A stretch of DNA of 64,000 bases from Zancudomyces culisetae HAW-14-8 (lineage: Eukaryota > Fungi > Kickxellomycota): the NCBI GenBank assembly GCA_052426225.1, contig JBNJNM010000021.1, positions 3,224,001 to 3,288,000 of the forward strand, in the 5' to 3' direction. A model generated the notes under the pieces. The model was given only the letters and a program-made list of their open reading frames with translations, was not told the origin of the DNA and made no database searches. Below, in pieces: positions 1 to 13,126 of this stretch. The position numbers were made by a program, and so were the translations under genes. Numbering within the stretch: the stretch's first letter is position 1; the number at the start of each line of letters is the position of its first letter.

Positions 1-555
1 AAAAGTACCAGATGTTCTAGCAGTCGCAAACCTCTCAATGGCTCTAGATCCACCAACTCTTCAAGATAGTTGTTTGTTAAAGTTAGAGTATTCAGGTTTG
101 GCAACATTTGCGAAATCTTTGCATCAATCCTCCGAACTCGATTGTTTCCCAAATATAGCCGCTGCAGTCTTTTTAAAACTGGAAAGTTTCCGATCAACAT
201 TATCTCATTATCTGTGAAATCTATTGCATCGTATAAATCCTATGTTTATCATATTGAAATTTTACCCCATCTTGATTAAATTTTATAACATTAATTGCAT
301 TTGAGAATGATTTAGCTGAAAAAAAATAAAGTAATGAGTCTTCAAGGGCAAAATCCTTACCTTTGATGCACCAAGATTTTCGATCATTGGGATCTTGTTT
401 CCTATTTTAGAGAGTAACATGCGTTAATCCTGTTATTGAATTCATACAAATGCATGTATTCCAAAAAACGGCTTACCTCGCAAATCCAGTTCATGGTCTT
501 TTGCTGCATTAATGTATGTAGAAGATTCGAGTATCAATTCAGCGGTTAATCTCAT
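1..555 (-). CDS. LEA1: U2 snRNP A' (LRR protein), 5' part; runs off the window. Exons 555-477, 401-361, 239-<1
   Basis: Not in the ORF track. Manual splicing (GTAAGC..TAG, GTAAGG..TAG) gives MRLTAELILESSTYINAAKDHELDLR/GNKIPMIENLGASK/DLYDAIDFTDNEIMLIGNFPVLKRLQRLYLGNNRV..., the characteristic SNRPA1/U2A' N-terminus. Confidence 0.93.
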
Positions 556-1178
556 TTTTATTTACAGTATTCTGTTGCTTTGTTTTTTTTCCGAGGTTCG
601 TGTCGTTTAATGTATTTTTTCCCACGTTACAAAAAAAAGAACGAAGGGGTGTTAAAAGGCAAGTATTGGTGTGGAGATATACTGAATTAACCAAGGTTTC
701 TGCAGTACAGTATCTTGAATATTCGAATCCTCTATAATTCCTCTAGGCGTTTCAATATTGCAAATAGCTAATATAACGGATTATTAACAAACTAATAATA
801 ACAATTTAATGAGTGAAAATAATATTACCAGAACCAAAAAAAAATAAAACACAACTTTGCGTAATTTTCCTTATATCTGATCAATTCCTCCACTAGATTT
901 TTCGCCAAATCCTCAAAAAAACCGAAAGCTTTGGAAACATTCTTAGGATCTTTTCCCTTCTTTTCCTCCAACATTAATTTTATCCTACTTTTCTCCAGTT
1001 CTCCCAGCCATGTTTACTAGAATTAATTTATAAAAGTTTTGGCGAATCAGATTGATGCGGTATCTAGCAAAGAAAATTTTTTTTAGTCAGCTTTGCTCTT
1101 CAGCTTAGAAAACAAAAAAATAAACAATAAAAACAAACATATTGATCAGTGTAAATACATAGCAAAGAGAACGGTAAA

Positions 1179-2992
1179 ATGAGCGGAATATTCGAGACCG
1201 ATACGGCAGATTCGACACTTTTTATAGGAGGACAAAGAATTAGTGGTGCTCAAGTCAGAAACCAAAATGTCCTGGCCGCAGCCTCAATAGCAAATGTAGT
1301 GAAAACTTCTTTGGGCCCAGTAGGATTGGATAAAATGATGGTTGATGAGCTTGGAGATGTGACAATAAGCAATGATGGAGCAACCATTCTAAATTTATTG
1401 GAGGTAGAGCATCCAGCAGGGAAGATCTTGGTGGAGTTGGCTAGACAGCAAGATAAGGAAGTAGGAGACGGAACAACATCTGTTGTTATTATAGCTGCGG
1501 AGCTGCTCAAGAGAGCTAATGAACTAATCAAGAATAAGTTACATCCAACAGCTATTATTACTGGGTATAGACTTGGTTGTAGAGAGGCTTGCAAATTTAT
1601 TGCGGAAAATTTGGCAATTAAGGTAGCAGGAATCGATAGAGATACGCTAAGAAACATTGCACAAACCACCTTGTCAAGCAAAATTCTTGGAAAGTAAGTG
1701 GAAAAAAAAATAATCTTTATATTATATTTGATTGTGTGACATAGTATGTTCAAATTATGGTTGATGGAATAATGTAGGCAAACGCCAAAATTAACATGAA
1801 AAATAACTAAATATTCACAAACTAAAACAATAGCTACGGAACCAGATTCGCTGATCTCACAGTCGATGCGATTTTAGCAGTTAAACGAACGGATTTTCGT
1901 GGAAAGCCAAAGTATCCAGTAAGCAGCGTTGGGATTTTGAAGATCAAGGGTGGAAGCGCACAAGAGAGCCAGACAATAAATGGATTTGCGATACAAAGAC
2001 CCTTTGTAAGCCAAGCAATGATTAAGAAGGTTGAGAGCGCCAAGATAGCGTGTATTGACTTTGATCTATCCAAAGTAAAGATGAAGCTTGGTGTTTCCGT
2101 GGTTATTGAGGACCCTGAGGCTCTTGAGGCAATCAGAAAGCGGGAAGGTGATATAACCAGGGAAAGAGTTAGTAAGATTTTGGCTGCTGGTGCAAATGTG
2201 GTTCTGAGTGCCCGCGGAATTGATGACATGTACGCCAAAATGTTGGCTGATGCTGGTGCCGTAGCAGTTACCCGAGTTTCCAAGGAAGAACTCCGCAGGG
2301 TAGCTACAGGAACCGGTGCCACAATTATTTCGACTCTTTCTAATTTGGAGGGGGATGAGGTGTTTGAACCTGCCTGCCTGGGTTCTGCTAGCTCGGTTGA
2401 ACAACTTACCCTCTCAGATGATGACTTTGTAGTCGTCAAAACATTAAAGGACTCGTCTTGCTCCACTGTGCTTCTGCGTGGTGCAAACGACCACTTGCTG
2501 GATGAAATGGAAAGATCTTTGCACGATTCGCTTTGCACTGTAAGCAAAGTTCTTGAATCTGGTTCAGTGGTTCCGGGTGGTGGTGCCGTCGAAGCCGCTG
2601 TGGACGTTTACTTAGAAACACTTGCATCCACTTTGGGCTCACGCGAACAATTGGCTGTTGCTGAATTTGCTACTGCCTTGTTGTGCATTCCCAAGCAACT
2701 TGCTATAAATGCTGCAAAGGACGCCTCTGATCTTGTTTCTAAACTCAGGGCTTACCATTCTGCCTCTCAGCAGCCCCAAGCAAACTCCAACCGCCAGGCT
2801 CTCAAGTACTACGGCCTAGATCTTATGAATGGCTCTATTCGGGACAACAAACGCGCCGGAGTTCTTGAACCTGCAATCAACAAAATTAAGATGCTTAAGA
2901 GTGCTACTGAAGCTGCCATTGCTATTCTACGTATTGATGATTTGATTAAACTGCTGCCCGAACAACAGCCCGAAGATCCACACGCTCATTAA
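1179..2992 (+). CDS. TCP1: T-complex protein 1 subunit alpha (CCT1). Exons 1179-1693, 1834-2992
   Basis: SLGPVGLDKM, NDGATIL, GDGTTSV, VVPGGGAVE and AILRIDD motifs. Intron 1694-1833 (GTAAGT..TAG) joins the two ORFs in frame. Confidence 0.96.
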
Positions 2993-3289
2993 AACATGAA
3001 AAATTTACACCACCCCACCCCTTCCATCCCATTGTTTTTTTTTTATCTAGCTTATATTTTACCATTTATGAATAAGACTATATACTAAATTAGCTATTTA
3101 CTTTTTAAATATCAAACAAAACACTACATTTAACTCTATATTTTTGGTCTGACTTTTTTATACACCTATATAATTATAAAGCACACACGGAAATCTATGT
3201 GTAGTTTAAATATTCTAACAATACACCCAGATTTTTTTCATTGCACATTGTCTAAAACTTGGCTTGTTCTGCCTTTCCTAAGTACGCAA

Positions 3290-4145
3290 TTAGGATGATG
3301 TTGATCGAAACTGTGATAGTGCCCCAACCACTGTAAAAACTCCTGTTGCGACCATAAGCCCTATAACACCTCCAGAAAGTGTTTTTATCTGTTTGATATT
3401 ATCCAATAGGTTGAATAATGCCATTGCGAATCCATACCTTGTAAAACAATCAAACCCAACGAAAAATGTATAGGACCCGTATATTGAGGTACTGATAATT
3501 GTAACCTTTCTCTCAAAAAACAGTATTAATGATCCTGCAACTATTGACATTAGCACAATAAACAGGATCCTTGCCCATGGCTCTGTCATAAACCCTCTAC
3601 TAAAAACACCGCCCCATGTCAACAGGTATGTTGCTAGTGCCATCCCTCCTATTGCACCAACCAAAAAAAGCCCACATTTATACAAATAGACAAACAATAA
3701 CCCTCCAAATATCCCCACAATGGCTGATACTAACAAGTATAGTATGGCCCTCATATTTTCTCCTGTTAAAGGTGGGCTGATCTTGTATAGCATTGAGAGC
3801 GCCAGTAGGGCAAAAAATACAAACCCAGTCATGTATATTGCCATATGTATTAGTCTGCGTCCAAAAAACATAAACATAAACCCTACCAGCATCAGTATTA
3901 TTCCCGATGCAATCCCCGAAGCTGTTAATTTTCCTGATTTGCCTACTATTTAATCAATTTATTGATTATGATTAGCTGAGTTTTAATATAACAGGATAAA
4001 TGGGACCTTGTGTGGTAGTACCTTTTATCACATTTGAGTTTGAAATTTTGATGGTTTCTGCATGAACAACCGAAAGCATTGTTAATAATAACACGTATAA
4101 CGTGTTCACTATACTTTTTTTTCCTATACTGAGTCTGCTACCCAT
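3290..4145 (-). CDS. TMEM198/TM7SF3-like (DUF4203) multi-pass membrane protein. Exons 4145-4022, 3945-3290
   Basis: About seven Gly-rich TM segments and the motif STSIYGSYTFFVGFDCF. An upstream exon encodes a signal-like N-terminus (MGSRLSIGKKSIVNTLYVLLLTMLSVVHA) and splices in frame. Confidence 0.75.
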
Positions 4146-7100
4146 GATTGCTGACTTTTTTGTCCCTACATTTTACATACATTGTACTTATTCAAGTTGG
4201 TGAACTTTTTTATTTTTAGACACCCAAGTAGTTATTAGAAGAAAAGAAGATTTAACATATACAAGACAAAAGCCCATGTATTCTGTTGTTAATTCTACTT
4301 TAATTACACTCATTTTCAATCCGAGTAACACATACTGTGCTTGTCTTTTATCATCAGTCTGGAATCAGAACAAACTTTGGTGTAACAGCAGTCGCTGAAT
4401 AAATTCAATCAAAGAGAAAAGAGTGTGTGTAGTATTCTGCATTTTTTTTGATACTGTGTTTAAGTTTTTCTTGGCTATCCCTGCTGTTTTTTTTTTACAC
4501 ACTTTATTGTCTCAAATGACTATATGAGCCAATCTTACCAGTTTAGTTGGCCATTATATGTTTTAAATACTACATTTCCGCCCAGTCACCACAAAGTATA
4601 TTATAAATGATACCCTATCTTTAGTTCAAGAGACTAAAGGGCATATAAAAGTGTTTTTACAACACAGCCTTCCTTATCAACCGACTGTACAATATTTTTT
4701 ATCTGGTCATTCTTACCTGTTGATTTTTTCTAATTTCTTTAATGTTTTGCAACTTCTGTAAATAGCTTTAGGCCTTTGTTTTATATTCAGATTTTCCTGT
4801 GCTCGAATTATTCGTATCTAGGTTTTAGTTTAGTCAAGGAACAGTTCCTTTGAAGTTAATTCTGTTAGATACAATCTTATCCGCTATTAAAAAATAAAGC
4901 TTACAACTTGAATAGTACTCTTTAACTATAACCACGACAAAATAAATGTTTCTTACACTTTAATGTTGATGTTATTACTATATCTGTTTAGAACCTTCTA
5001 TTTTTTCTTTATTTGTATAGCTCGGGAATTTTCTTGCGTATAAAAAAAAAGTATTGATCCCCTGGATATTAAACTCCTAGCAATGTTATATATGTTACAG
5101 TTGTTTACTCTATACTTTTGCTTTTTTCTTTGTGTATATTTTGCTCATCGCTTTGAAATTTTATACAAGATGAACACAAATGTTGTATTTAGTGCAAAAG
5201 CAGTGTATGGTACTATGAATATCTCTTTATGTATTAGCGAAAGTTATTCATCAAAATAGAGACGCCTATTCACCACTTTTTATATAAGAATACGATCGGC
5301 AATATTGAACCCCCTTTTAGGGGGTTTTCTATCACCTATCAAAAGCACTTTATTGATAAGTACTGGATACAGTTGGCAGTTCTTTTTTTGTTACTATCAA
5401 AGTTTCATAGCTTTCTCTTAACTTTCTAGAATATTATTACTTTTCTCTCCCCTCTCCCCCTTCCCCTCCCCCGGCATATTAGGTAGGTTCGGAGTATTGA
5501 TTCTGCATATTACTTATTGTCTCGTCCAATTGGTGGCACATCCATTTTTCTCTATTTGTCGAATGGAATATCCTCCCCTTACTACTCTGCAAATATTAGC
5601 TTTGACCTACAAACCGTCAATGTCGCTCCTTTTCAATAAGGGCTAGGTTTTTTATCATATAAGGCTGGCATTTAACATGAAATTCTACTATTTTTTAAAA
5701 TCGGCTATCATCCATTTAGTTAAAGAATAAATAAAAAAATCTAGAAAATATGTAAAGTAGCTCGAACCGATACATAGCTCTAGCCCTTTACTCCTAAATG
5801 AAATTATCCCCTTCGCTACCCATTTTATGTCCCAAGTTTAATTTTTGATGCTCTACACCAAACCATTCAGATCTAACACTTCTCCACTTTTAAAGGATTA
5901 ATTTCTCCCCACATCGTGTTACAACTTTTCCTACCCTAATTTTATATTCCATGCTATCGGAGTATTCATTCATGTGATATACTCTACCTTTTATCAAGCT
6001 TGAGTAAGCCTAATACAATATGTTAATATATAACAAAAGGTACAACAATAGACAAGGAAAGTCTCATAAACAAGTTAAATGCTAAATATTGTATTTTCAT
6101 TGTAATATCTGTATTTAATATTTGGTGATCACATCCACAAATATAAATCCATAAAACAGAAATCCTACTAGGACTTTTTTGAAACCAGATCCGACTTGCT
6201 CTTTTTTTTTTGAGGCGCTTGTGAAAACTGCAAAAGTAGCGTGGGTTTAGGCGATATTGGTCTGGATTAGTACTTGAGAGGATTAAACAAACATCAATTG
6301 TACGTTATTTCCCCAATTTCTTTTAGACTTTCGATCAAAAATCCAAAAGCGCTCTGTAGTTTGAGAATAGTACTGAGGTCTTTTTTATATGTTTGAACAG
6401 CTTATGCTTACCTTTTGTGGACATTTAATTTTATTGTGAACACGAATCGTATACTAACAAAGTTCGTTTTGACTCCAAACAGCCCCGGGTACAAAAAACA
6501 AAACCATACAGTGCGTTTTCTAGATGTGAAATCCTTCGATTATGTAGTTGATGTTTGACGCTATTATTTAAGACAATCACATCTGCACACAAAATTGGCA
6601 GCATAAATGATGTTTCTTATGCAACAATCAACTTTATTTTTTGCTGTCAATAAAACCTTAACATTTTCCCATTTGATTACATCAAATAGTTCTCTTCAAT
6701 AAATAAGTACCATATGTTTGTTACTTTTATCTGTATAGTGTTTTAAATACCATTTAGTCGGAATACAGTTAACAAACATCCTTTTTTTCTCACTAGGGAA
6801 TACTTTGCACAAATGAGAAATTCTATTAACGTAAAGATAGACTGGGGTGGGATAATGCATAGTTGCACGGTACCAACATAGGGTATCCTGCTACATATTA
6901 TTTTGGATATCCAAGAAGCCTGGGTACATTTCATAGCCAAACCAAGTTATTTGTGACGGCATCTCTAAACATAACTCGTAACCAATATTAATATCATTTT
7001 TATTACTTTGCCAATATCTTTACCATTTATATTACACTTTTAAACAGCTTTTTCTCGTATGAAATGGTGAGTAAAGTGGTACAGGCTTTTCCAGCACCGT

Positions 7101-8703
7101 TAAGATGTAATATATTGCTTAGCTCGGATTCAAAATTAGAGATAATCAATCAGCATGTACAGCTGGATAACTGTTTCCCAGCGTGACAAAACATGATTAT
7201 TATCCAATCAACAATATAACTTCAAAGACCTTTGTGAGACTATGCAAAAACCAAAAGCCAAAAAAAAAACGATACTGATTTACTGTATGGATATTTTATT
7301 TTTGGCTTCTTGTGTGCTACTTTCAAAGTGACATAGGTAAACATGTGCTTTGTTTGTTATGCCATCAAAAAGATTATGTTTGTTAATTACCTACTCACAT
7401 TTCTATTTCTTCATAATTTGTACAGTATCAGACACATACCGGGTTGAACATTTCAGCTTGTTCTTAAATACTCATTCATTATTAGGAGGTTCCCTTTGGA
7501 TAGAATGGTGGAGGAGAAATGCTAAAAATACACAAATATGTAATTCTCTTCATCTTTTCCCCTCCCCCATCCTCCCTAGCGTTTAGGTTTAGTAAAAGGA
7601 TTTACACTGCAGTTTTGGAGTTTCTTAATAAACAATAAGATTTTAAGATTATTTGATGAACAATGGACTTCCAGTTAAGAATGCAATGCCTAATAGAAAT
7701 CGCTTCAATTTTCTTTAATGATTTAAAAATACCACTATTTTCCAAACCAAATGATGTGGAACACCATACTTTCATGGTTAAAAAATGTGAAAAAAATGCG
7801 TGATTTGCAATTTTACAACACTCTTTTTTGACTCCAGGTAATAAGCAAAAAATTAAATGTAAAATTAAAAAGGAAATCACAAGATTTCCACAAGATAGCA
7901 GTATACTTTGCCAAATGGAAGAAACACATAAGGAAATTCAAAAGTATTACGGGCTCTCCAAAAACACACATGATCAATATTGTTAACCCTCAAAGGAGAG
8001 GACGGGATGTAGAAGGTGAAGTGTATTTTTGCGTAAAAGTAGAATGTTTTTCTTTTTTTGAGTTGCAAAAAATCTGTTGATTGTTAGCTATTTTGAAGTA
8101 TCTTTTATCATTTTTGTGATTAATCTTTATTTGAATAACGCAAATATTTTGAACAAGAAACAATAATTGACTAAAATAAAATTCTGTAGCAGAATTAGTA
8201 AAAAAAAATCTATAAAACACAGGGGTTTAAAAATATGGAGATTACACCGCTATGGCACATCATATGCGTATATAAAAAGTCAAGTATAAGGGAAGTGGAT
8301 ATTCACACGATAGCATAAAAAATATATATATAGTGCATACGATTCCCCATGCAATAGGGATAAAAATTAATCTCATAACAGTCATTCATACCTACCCTTT
8401 AATACTTTAAACGATTATTAGAAAATCAAAAACATCTTATCATTAACTACTATTACGAGCATAGCTCAAACAGACATAGGCCCACCCTTCTATTAAAGAT
8501 ATTCGTACTTTTTTTATAAAAAAACCGAACACTAAACCATACACACCTTTCCGCTATAATACTGCTAAGGTTGATAGTGGATTCTAAAGAAAAGCGAAAT
8601 AGAAAGAAAGCAGTCCATTACTTGATAAAAGGATTGAACAAGGTAGTGCGCATAACCCGGAAAACTTAAAAGTGCTTATACAAACAAGAGATTACCAAAA
8701 AAA

Positions 8704-9942
8704 ATGGATGTAACTTTAAAACAAAAAGAATGCAGTGCCATGTTACTTCCAAAAGGTAAAAAGCTTCAATCGGGCGCAACCACAAATCCGTTTTATAACC
8801 TATTTGTACCATCCTCATATTCAAATTTTGAAGCGAGAGAGGAATTCAACTTGCAGACAGGAAACTTTTATGATATTCCACACGAAGGAAGATGTGAAGA
8901 TCAAGCACTTAGCATGGAAAGTGCTTTAAATAGTGATACCCTTTCGGACGCTGCATCTCTAAATAGCGAGCCTATAATTCCCAGTGTATTGAGTCTGGAT
9001 TGTTATAGGACAGCAGCGGTTGATAAAAAAAGTTTGGGTGAATGTTATTTGGACAACTTAAAAAGCAACAGAAACTTTGGGAGCTTTCAACCTGTGAATT
9101 ATGATAGCTTTGATCTACTCTCCAAAGATACATCATCCTTTGATTCTAATTTTTCTGCGTTTAGCATTAATTCAGCTCCTACATCCCCTGACCTTGAAAG
9201 AGACATATTCAATCTAAACCATGATCCCATACAAAATAATCCAGAGAACCTCTTTGATTGCCAACCAACACAAAGAAAACAATACAGATCAGAATCAGTT
9301 AGTAGGAGCATGGGTAGAATACCAACTGTTCCACCAGGCTTTGAGGGTTATGCGCCTGTGTTTGCAGCAAGACCTAGAAGAGATTCCGAAATGTCCCGCA
9401 TATCTGAATTTAAGAATGTCAAAAGAAATGGCGGCGATGTCAACTATAAAGCTTTAAGCGAAGTACTTACCCCTCCTCTTGCAACAATAAAAAATAGGTA
9501 TAAGCTAACTACAGATAAGCAAAATAAACACCAGCAGAGAAAGCTAAGCAATCCCACCATCCCCTGTAAAGTCAACTTTGATCGTCCTGTGAGCATAGAT
9601 TTACCCACTGTATCTTCACAAACAATAAGAATTCCTGCTATCTTATTTGAAGCACACAATAAACGTAGGGCTCTAAATGCCAAAAACAAACGTACTAATG
9701 ATAGCCAGAAACTGAAAATAGCTAGAGAAGACGAGGCTATGAATGTACTTAAAGACATGATAAATTCGTTAAAAAAAGTGAAGATTCCAAATAACAAGGG
9801 AAGCAAACTAGAGTCGAGTTACGAAGAAGGCTGCCTCAAGGAAAGCGCAAAGAGAGAGGAACAAAATTTGAACTCCGGAGTAGAACCCCCAATGCCTGTG
9901 AGCCAGGGTGCCGATACCAGATCACTTGCACTTTCATTCTAA
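8704..9942 (+). CDS. Hypothetical, probably largely disordered Ser/Asn/Lys-rich protein (412 aa)
   Basis: Long ATG-initiated ORF in AAAATG context. No recognisable domain; contains PPGF and RxxS-type motifs. Confidence 0.8.
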   Translation: MDVTLKQKECSAMLLPKGKKLQSGATTNPFYNLFVPSSYSNFEAREEFNLQTGNFYDIPHEGRCEDQALSMESALNSDTLSDAASLNSEPIIPSVLSLDCYRTAAVDKKSLGECYLDNLKSNRNFGSFQPVNYDSFDLLSKDTSSFDSNFSAFSINSAPTSPDLERDIFNLNHDPIQNNPENLFDCQPTQRKQYRSESVSRSMGRIPTVPPGFEGYAPVFAARPRRDSEMSRISEFKNVKRNGGDVNYKALSEVLTPPLATIKNRYKLTTDKQNKHQQRKLSNPTIPCKVNFDRPVSIDLPTVSSQTIRIPAILFEAHNKRRALNAKNKRTNDSQKLKIAREDEAMNVLKDMINSLKKVKIPNNKGSKLESSYEEGCLKESAKREEQNLNSGVEPPMPVSQGADTRSLALSF

Positions 9943-10074
9943 AGGTCGCTATTTTCTTTGCAAGAGTAAAGTCAAGCATCTTAAAATAACTTTTGTGTTT
10001 GAATGTTTTGCATGTTCTTGTTGCTCTTGTTGTTTTTTTATTCTTTTTGTTCTATTTGTTCTTTTATTTTTTTT

Positions 10075-10140
10075 GCCCTTTTTGCCCTTTTAGTTCTTTT
10101 TGTTTTTTTTTGTCCTTTTAGTTCTTTTTGTTTTTCTTTT
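10075..10140. repeat. Low-complexity T-rich tandem duplication (~29-nt unit TTTGYCCTTTTAGTTCTTTTTGTTTTT)
   Basis: Two near-identical adjacent copies visible just 3' of the orphan gene. Confidence 0.6.
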
Positions 10141-10785
10141 GTATGTTCTATAGTAAATTATATCACTCATTAGCATTTAATAAAAGCAACATCATAAATA
10201 TTCTGCTAGGAAAAAGTGTAGAAATACAGTGATAGGTAGCGATTATATAAAATACATAAAGTGCGTAGTGTTTAAGGTCACCAGCGTGGTTCTGGTGTGC
10301 CAGTATAAAAACTATTGGGACCTTGACGCAAGTAAACGTCACACAGTAGTTTGTGTGGCATTTTACCAATCCAACATACAGAATACACTTTTATACGTGT
10401 TACACCGCTGTTTTTTGATTGGGCATAACCCTGTCTTGTAGAATCCTGAGTGTAACATTCGTATATACCTTGTATAAAATCAACAAGGAAAAATGGGAGG
10501 TGATACTTGATAGGAACACCTAAGCAGTTCAATACCGAGAGAAGATTGCGTTTTAGCAGAAGTACAGTGCAGAGGGCGGTAAACGAACAAATCAACAAAT
10601 GAAAAAATGAAAGAGAAATACAAGCCAAAGATATGCCCTTAATTCGAAGTGATATTAAAGTCATTTCATTTTAGTACATTTACTGCATACACCATTGCAA
10701 TAAAAAATAATATAAAAAGCAAATTGTATACTGATTAAATAAAAAATATACAGTTTTGTATTAAATAAGTGTAACTCCCAATAAA

Positions 10786-11631
10786 TTAATTGTGTGTGTA
10801 AAATGCAGACGCGGCCTGGTTCATATACAAAGCAACATTTGGATCTTGAACTCCAGATGTTGAAAATTGATTTTGAGCATTAATCTGCGCCTGTAAATTA
10901 TTTCGTTCGGTAGCAACGTCCATTCCGTTCAAACCCTCTTGTGTACCCTCATCTGGTTTTATGGAATCGACATCCCTCTCGGGCTTTACAACCTAGGAAA
11001 AGGAGAACAAAAAGCGATTAAACACACCGTATATTATATTGAGTTTTTCATGATTGAAATCGATTCGGACAAAGAATGGTGGATGTAATCATTCCTGATG
11101 ACACAAATAATCTCAATGTACAACAAACATATGTGCAAAAACTGCAATCTATAAACATCCACTTACTTCTCTGTACTTGGAAAGATAAATCTTCAGAACA
11201 TCTACATAGTTTTCAAATCCAAGGGATTGCATAGCGTATAGTATATCTTCACCGTTGATTGTCTTTCGTTTCTCTTGTTGACAACGATCACTCGCTATAA
11301 AGAATCATTTTTCAGGATTATGGTTACTTGGATAACAATAACAGAGTTTGATGCGTAAAAATAGAGACGTAAAAGCAAACACAAAACAGAAAATAAGAAT
11401 ATAAAAAACGAAGAATAAAGAACAAAGCTTACCTTCACTTGTCACAAAAGAAATGAATTCAGAAACACATTCCTGGACAGTCTCCTTTGCCTCCTTTGCT
11501 ATCTTCGCATTTTGAGGAAGTGCTCGTTTCATGATTCTAGCAACATTTGCTATTGGTAAAAATCTATCCTGTTCCTTGACGTCAACTTCCTCCTCGGAGT
11601 GATTTTGTTGTGCTGCTTCGGCTTCCGACAT
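10786..11631 (-). CDS. HAP3: CCAAT-binding factor subunit HAP3/NF-YB. Exons 11631-11433, 11294-11167, 10992-10786
   Basis: [16 protein letters not shown]...[48 protein letters not shown] histone-fold. Both introns are GTAAG..TAG and keep frame. Confidence 0.96.
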
Positions 11632-12458
11632 TTCTAGCGTTTAGGAAATATATAACGATACCTGAGTTATACTTATTTCTTCGAGAGGATAAAAAAGGGA
11701 TTATCTCTTTCTAGGTAACTATTGAGCGCCTTTTCTATATAAAAAATAAAGTAAGCGTGAATACTCCAATAGAAATTATTTGTTCTGTTCTTTAACTTAG
11801 ATTCGTTTTTGCTTTATTCTGTAAATAAAAAAAAAGACGAATTGTAGTGTATTTATGAAAAAAAATTTTACACAAATGAAAAATTTTACCATTCGCCATT
11901 ATTTTTCAGCACTAATGTTTTGCCCTTTCGCAGCTACTGTCAAATTTCGTTGCTTTTTGGCGTCACTAAGTCACGAAGTTGGTCTTTTATTTTTTTTCTT
12001 CCTTTTCTGAGCATAGTACCAATTTATGAATTCAAAACGCAATTATTATTGGTCAAAGTATTGGTAATTATCCAATAAAATAAAGCACTGTAAATTACAA
12101 AGAAAGAGAAAGGGGAATAAAAATGTCTTGTCGCTAAAGTTTATGTAATACTACATAGCTGTGTTTGATGGTAGAGCATGAGAGCCGCGCTTTGTGCAAG
12201 GAGAGAAGGTAAGGTTAATGACACAGCAGCTAGGATATACAAGGGATTTAGTATCCTGAAACCCTTAAAATTCACCAGTTTGTATCACAAAGAAAATGAG
12301 AGAGGGAATGGAGAGTGTACTGGCGGTAGGCAAGCGTGGGTAAACTTATCACCCTTCCTCTGCAGGGTTTGACACAAATTTTGGTGTTTATTTGTCACCA
12401 ATCATCGCGGTTTTTTTAGCGCGATTTTTTAGTTAGAATAGCTGGAAACAAAATTCGC

Positions 12459-12500
12459 CACAACAACAACAACAACAATGATAACGATAATGATTATAAT
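12459..12500. repeat. (CAA)n microsatellite grading into (GATAAY)n
   Basis: caacaacaacaacaacaatgataacgataatgat seen directly. Confidence 0.7.
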
Positions 12501-13126
12501 TATAAGATCATTAATTGCCCCAGAGTAAATGGAGTAAATATAATATCCTATTTTGAAGACACTGCGTTAGTTTTACTTCTAAAGTTCATAGTCTTAGTAA
12601 TATGGAGTGAAAAAATTCAAGTATCCTGTGTAACCCAGAATGATAAACCTACATAATCATTCGCTGTTTTTCCCGTCTCCACAAATGGGATTGCACAAAA
12701 TTATAATAGCTACCCCATACAAACCAATGTGGTAAAACAAAGCTGTCCAAAAAACAAACTGTTTGTGTCTTTTTTTAGCAAGAGAAATCAAAAGTGCAAC
12801 AACAGCATTATAGTTTGAGTAGTGTTTATGAACGAACATGAAAACAATCAACCCCAATAAAAATGAGGGGTAGATGCAGTTTGCAGATGACATTTTTACT
12901 TGAATTTATAGAATACAACAGCAGGGTTCCAGAATTATAAAGATGGATTTCACTTTTAAATGAAATTACGCTTATACCTTCGAGAAGATAATACAGTAAC
13001 GGATTACACCCAGAAAAGTGCGAATCTTATGGGTACCAAACCAAAGCCGACGGACGTTTCAGTAATTTTAAAAAGAGGATAAATCCTAAAGAAAATTCTT
13101 TGAAGAACAGAGAAAATATGTAATGC

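Noticed and set aside
4146-8703. Transposon or LTR remnant in the long intergenic region
   Set aside because: No terminal repeats or transposase/RT-like translation seen in the parts inspected.
12159-12208. Exon-like segment (CATAG...GTAAGG) with a TGA in one frame
   Set aside because: No flanking exons or recognisable selenoprotein motif; likely chance splice-like signals.
12657-12893. 78-aa hydrophobic ORF downstream of PSTK
   Set aside because: No recognisable family, and its composition is typical of AT-rich noncoding ORFs. It cannot be excluded without expression data.
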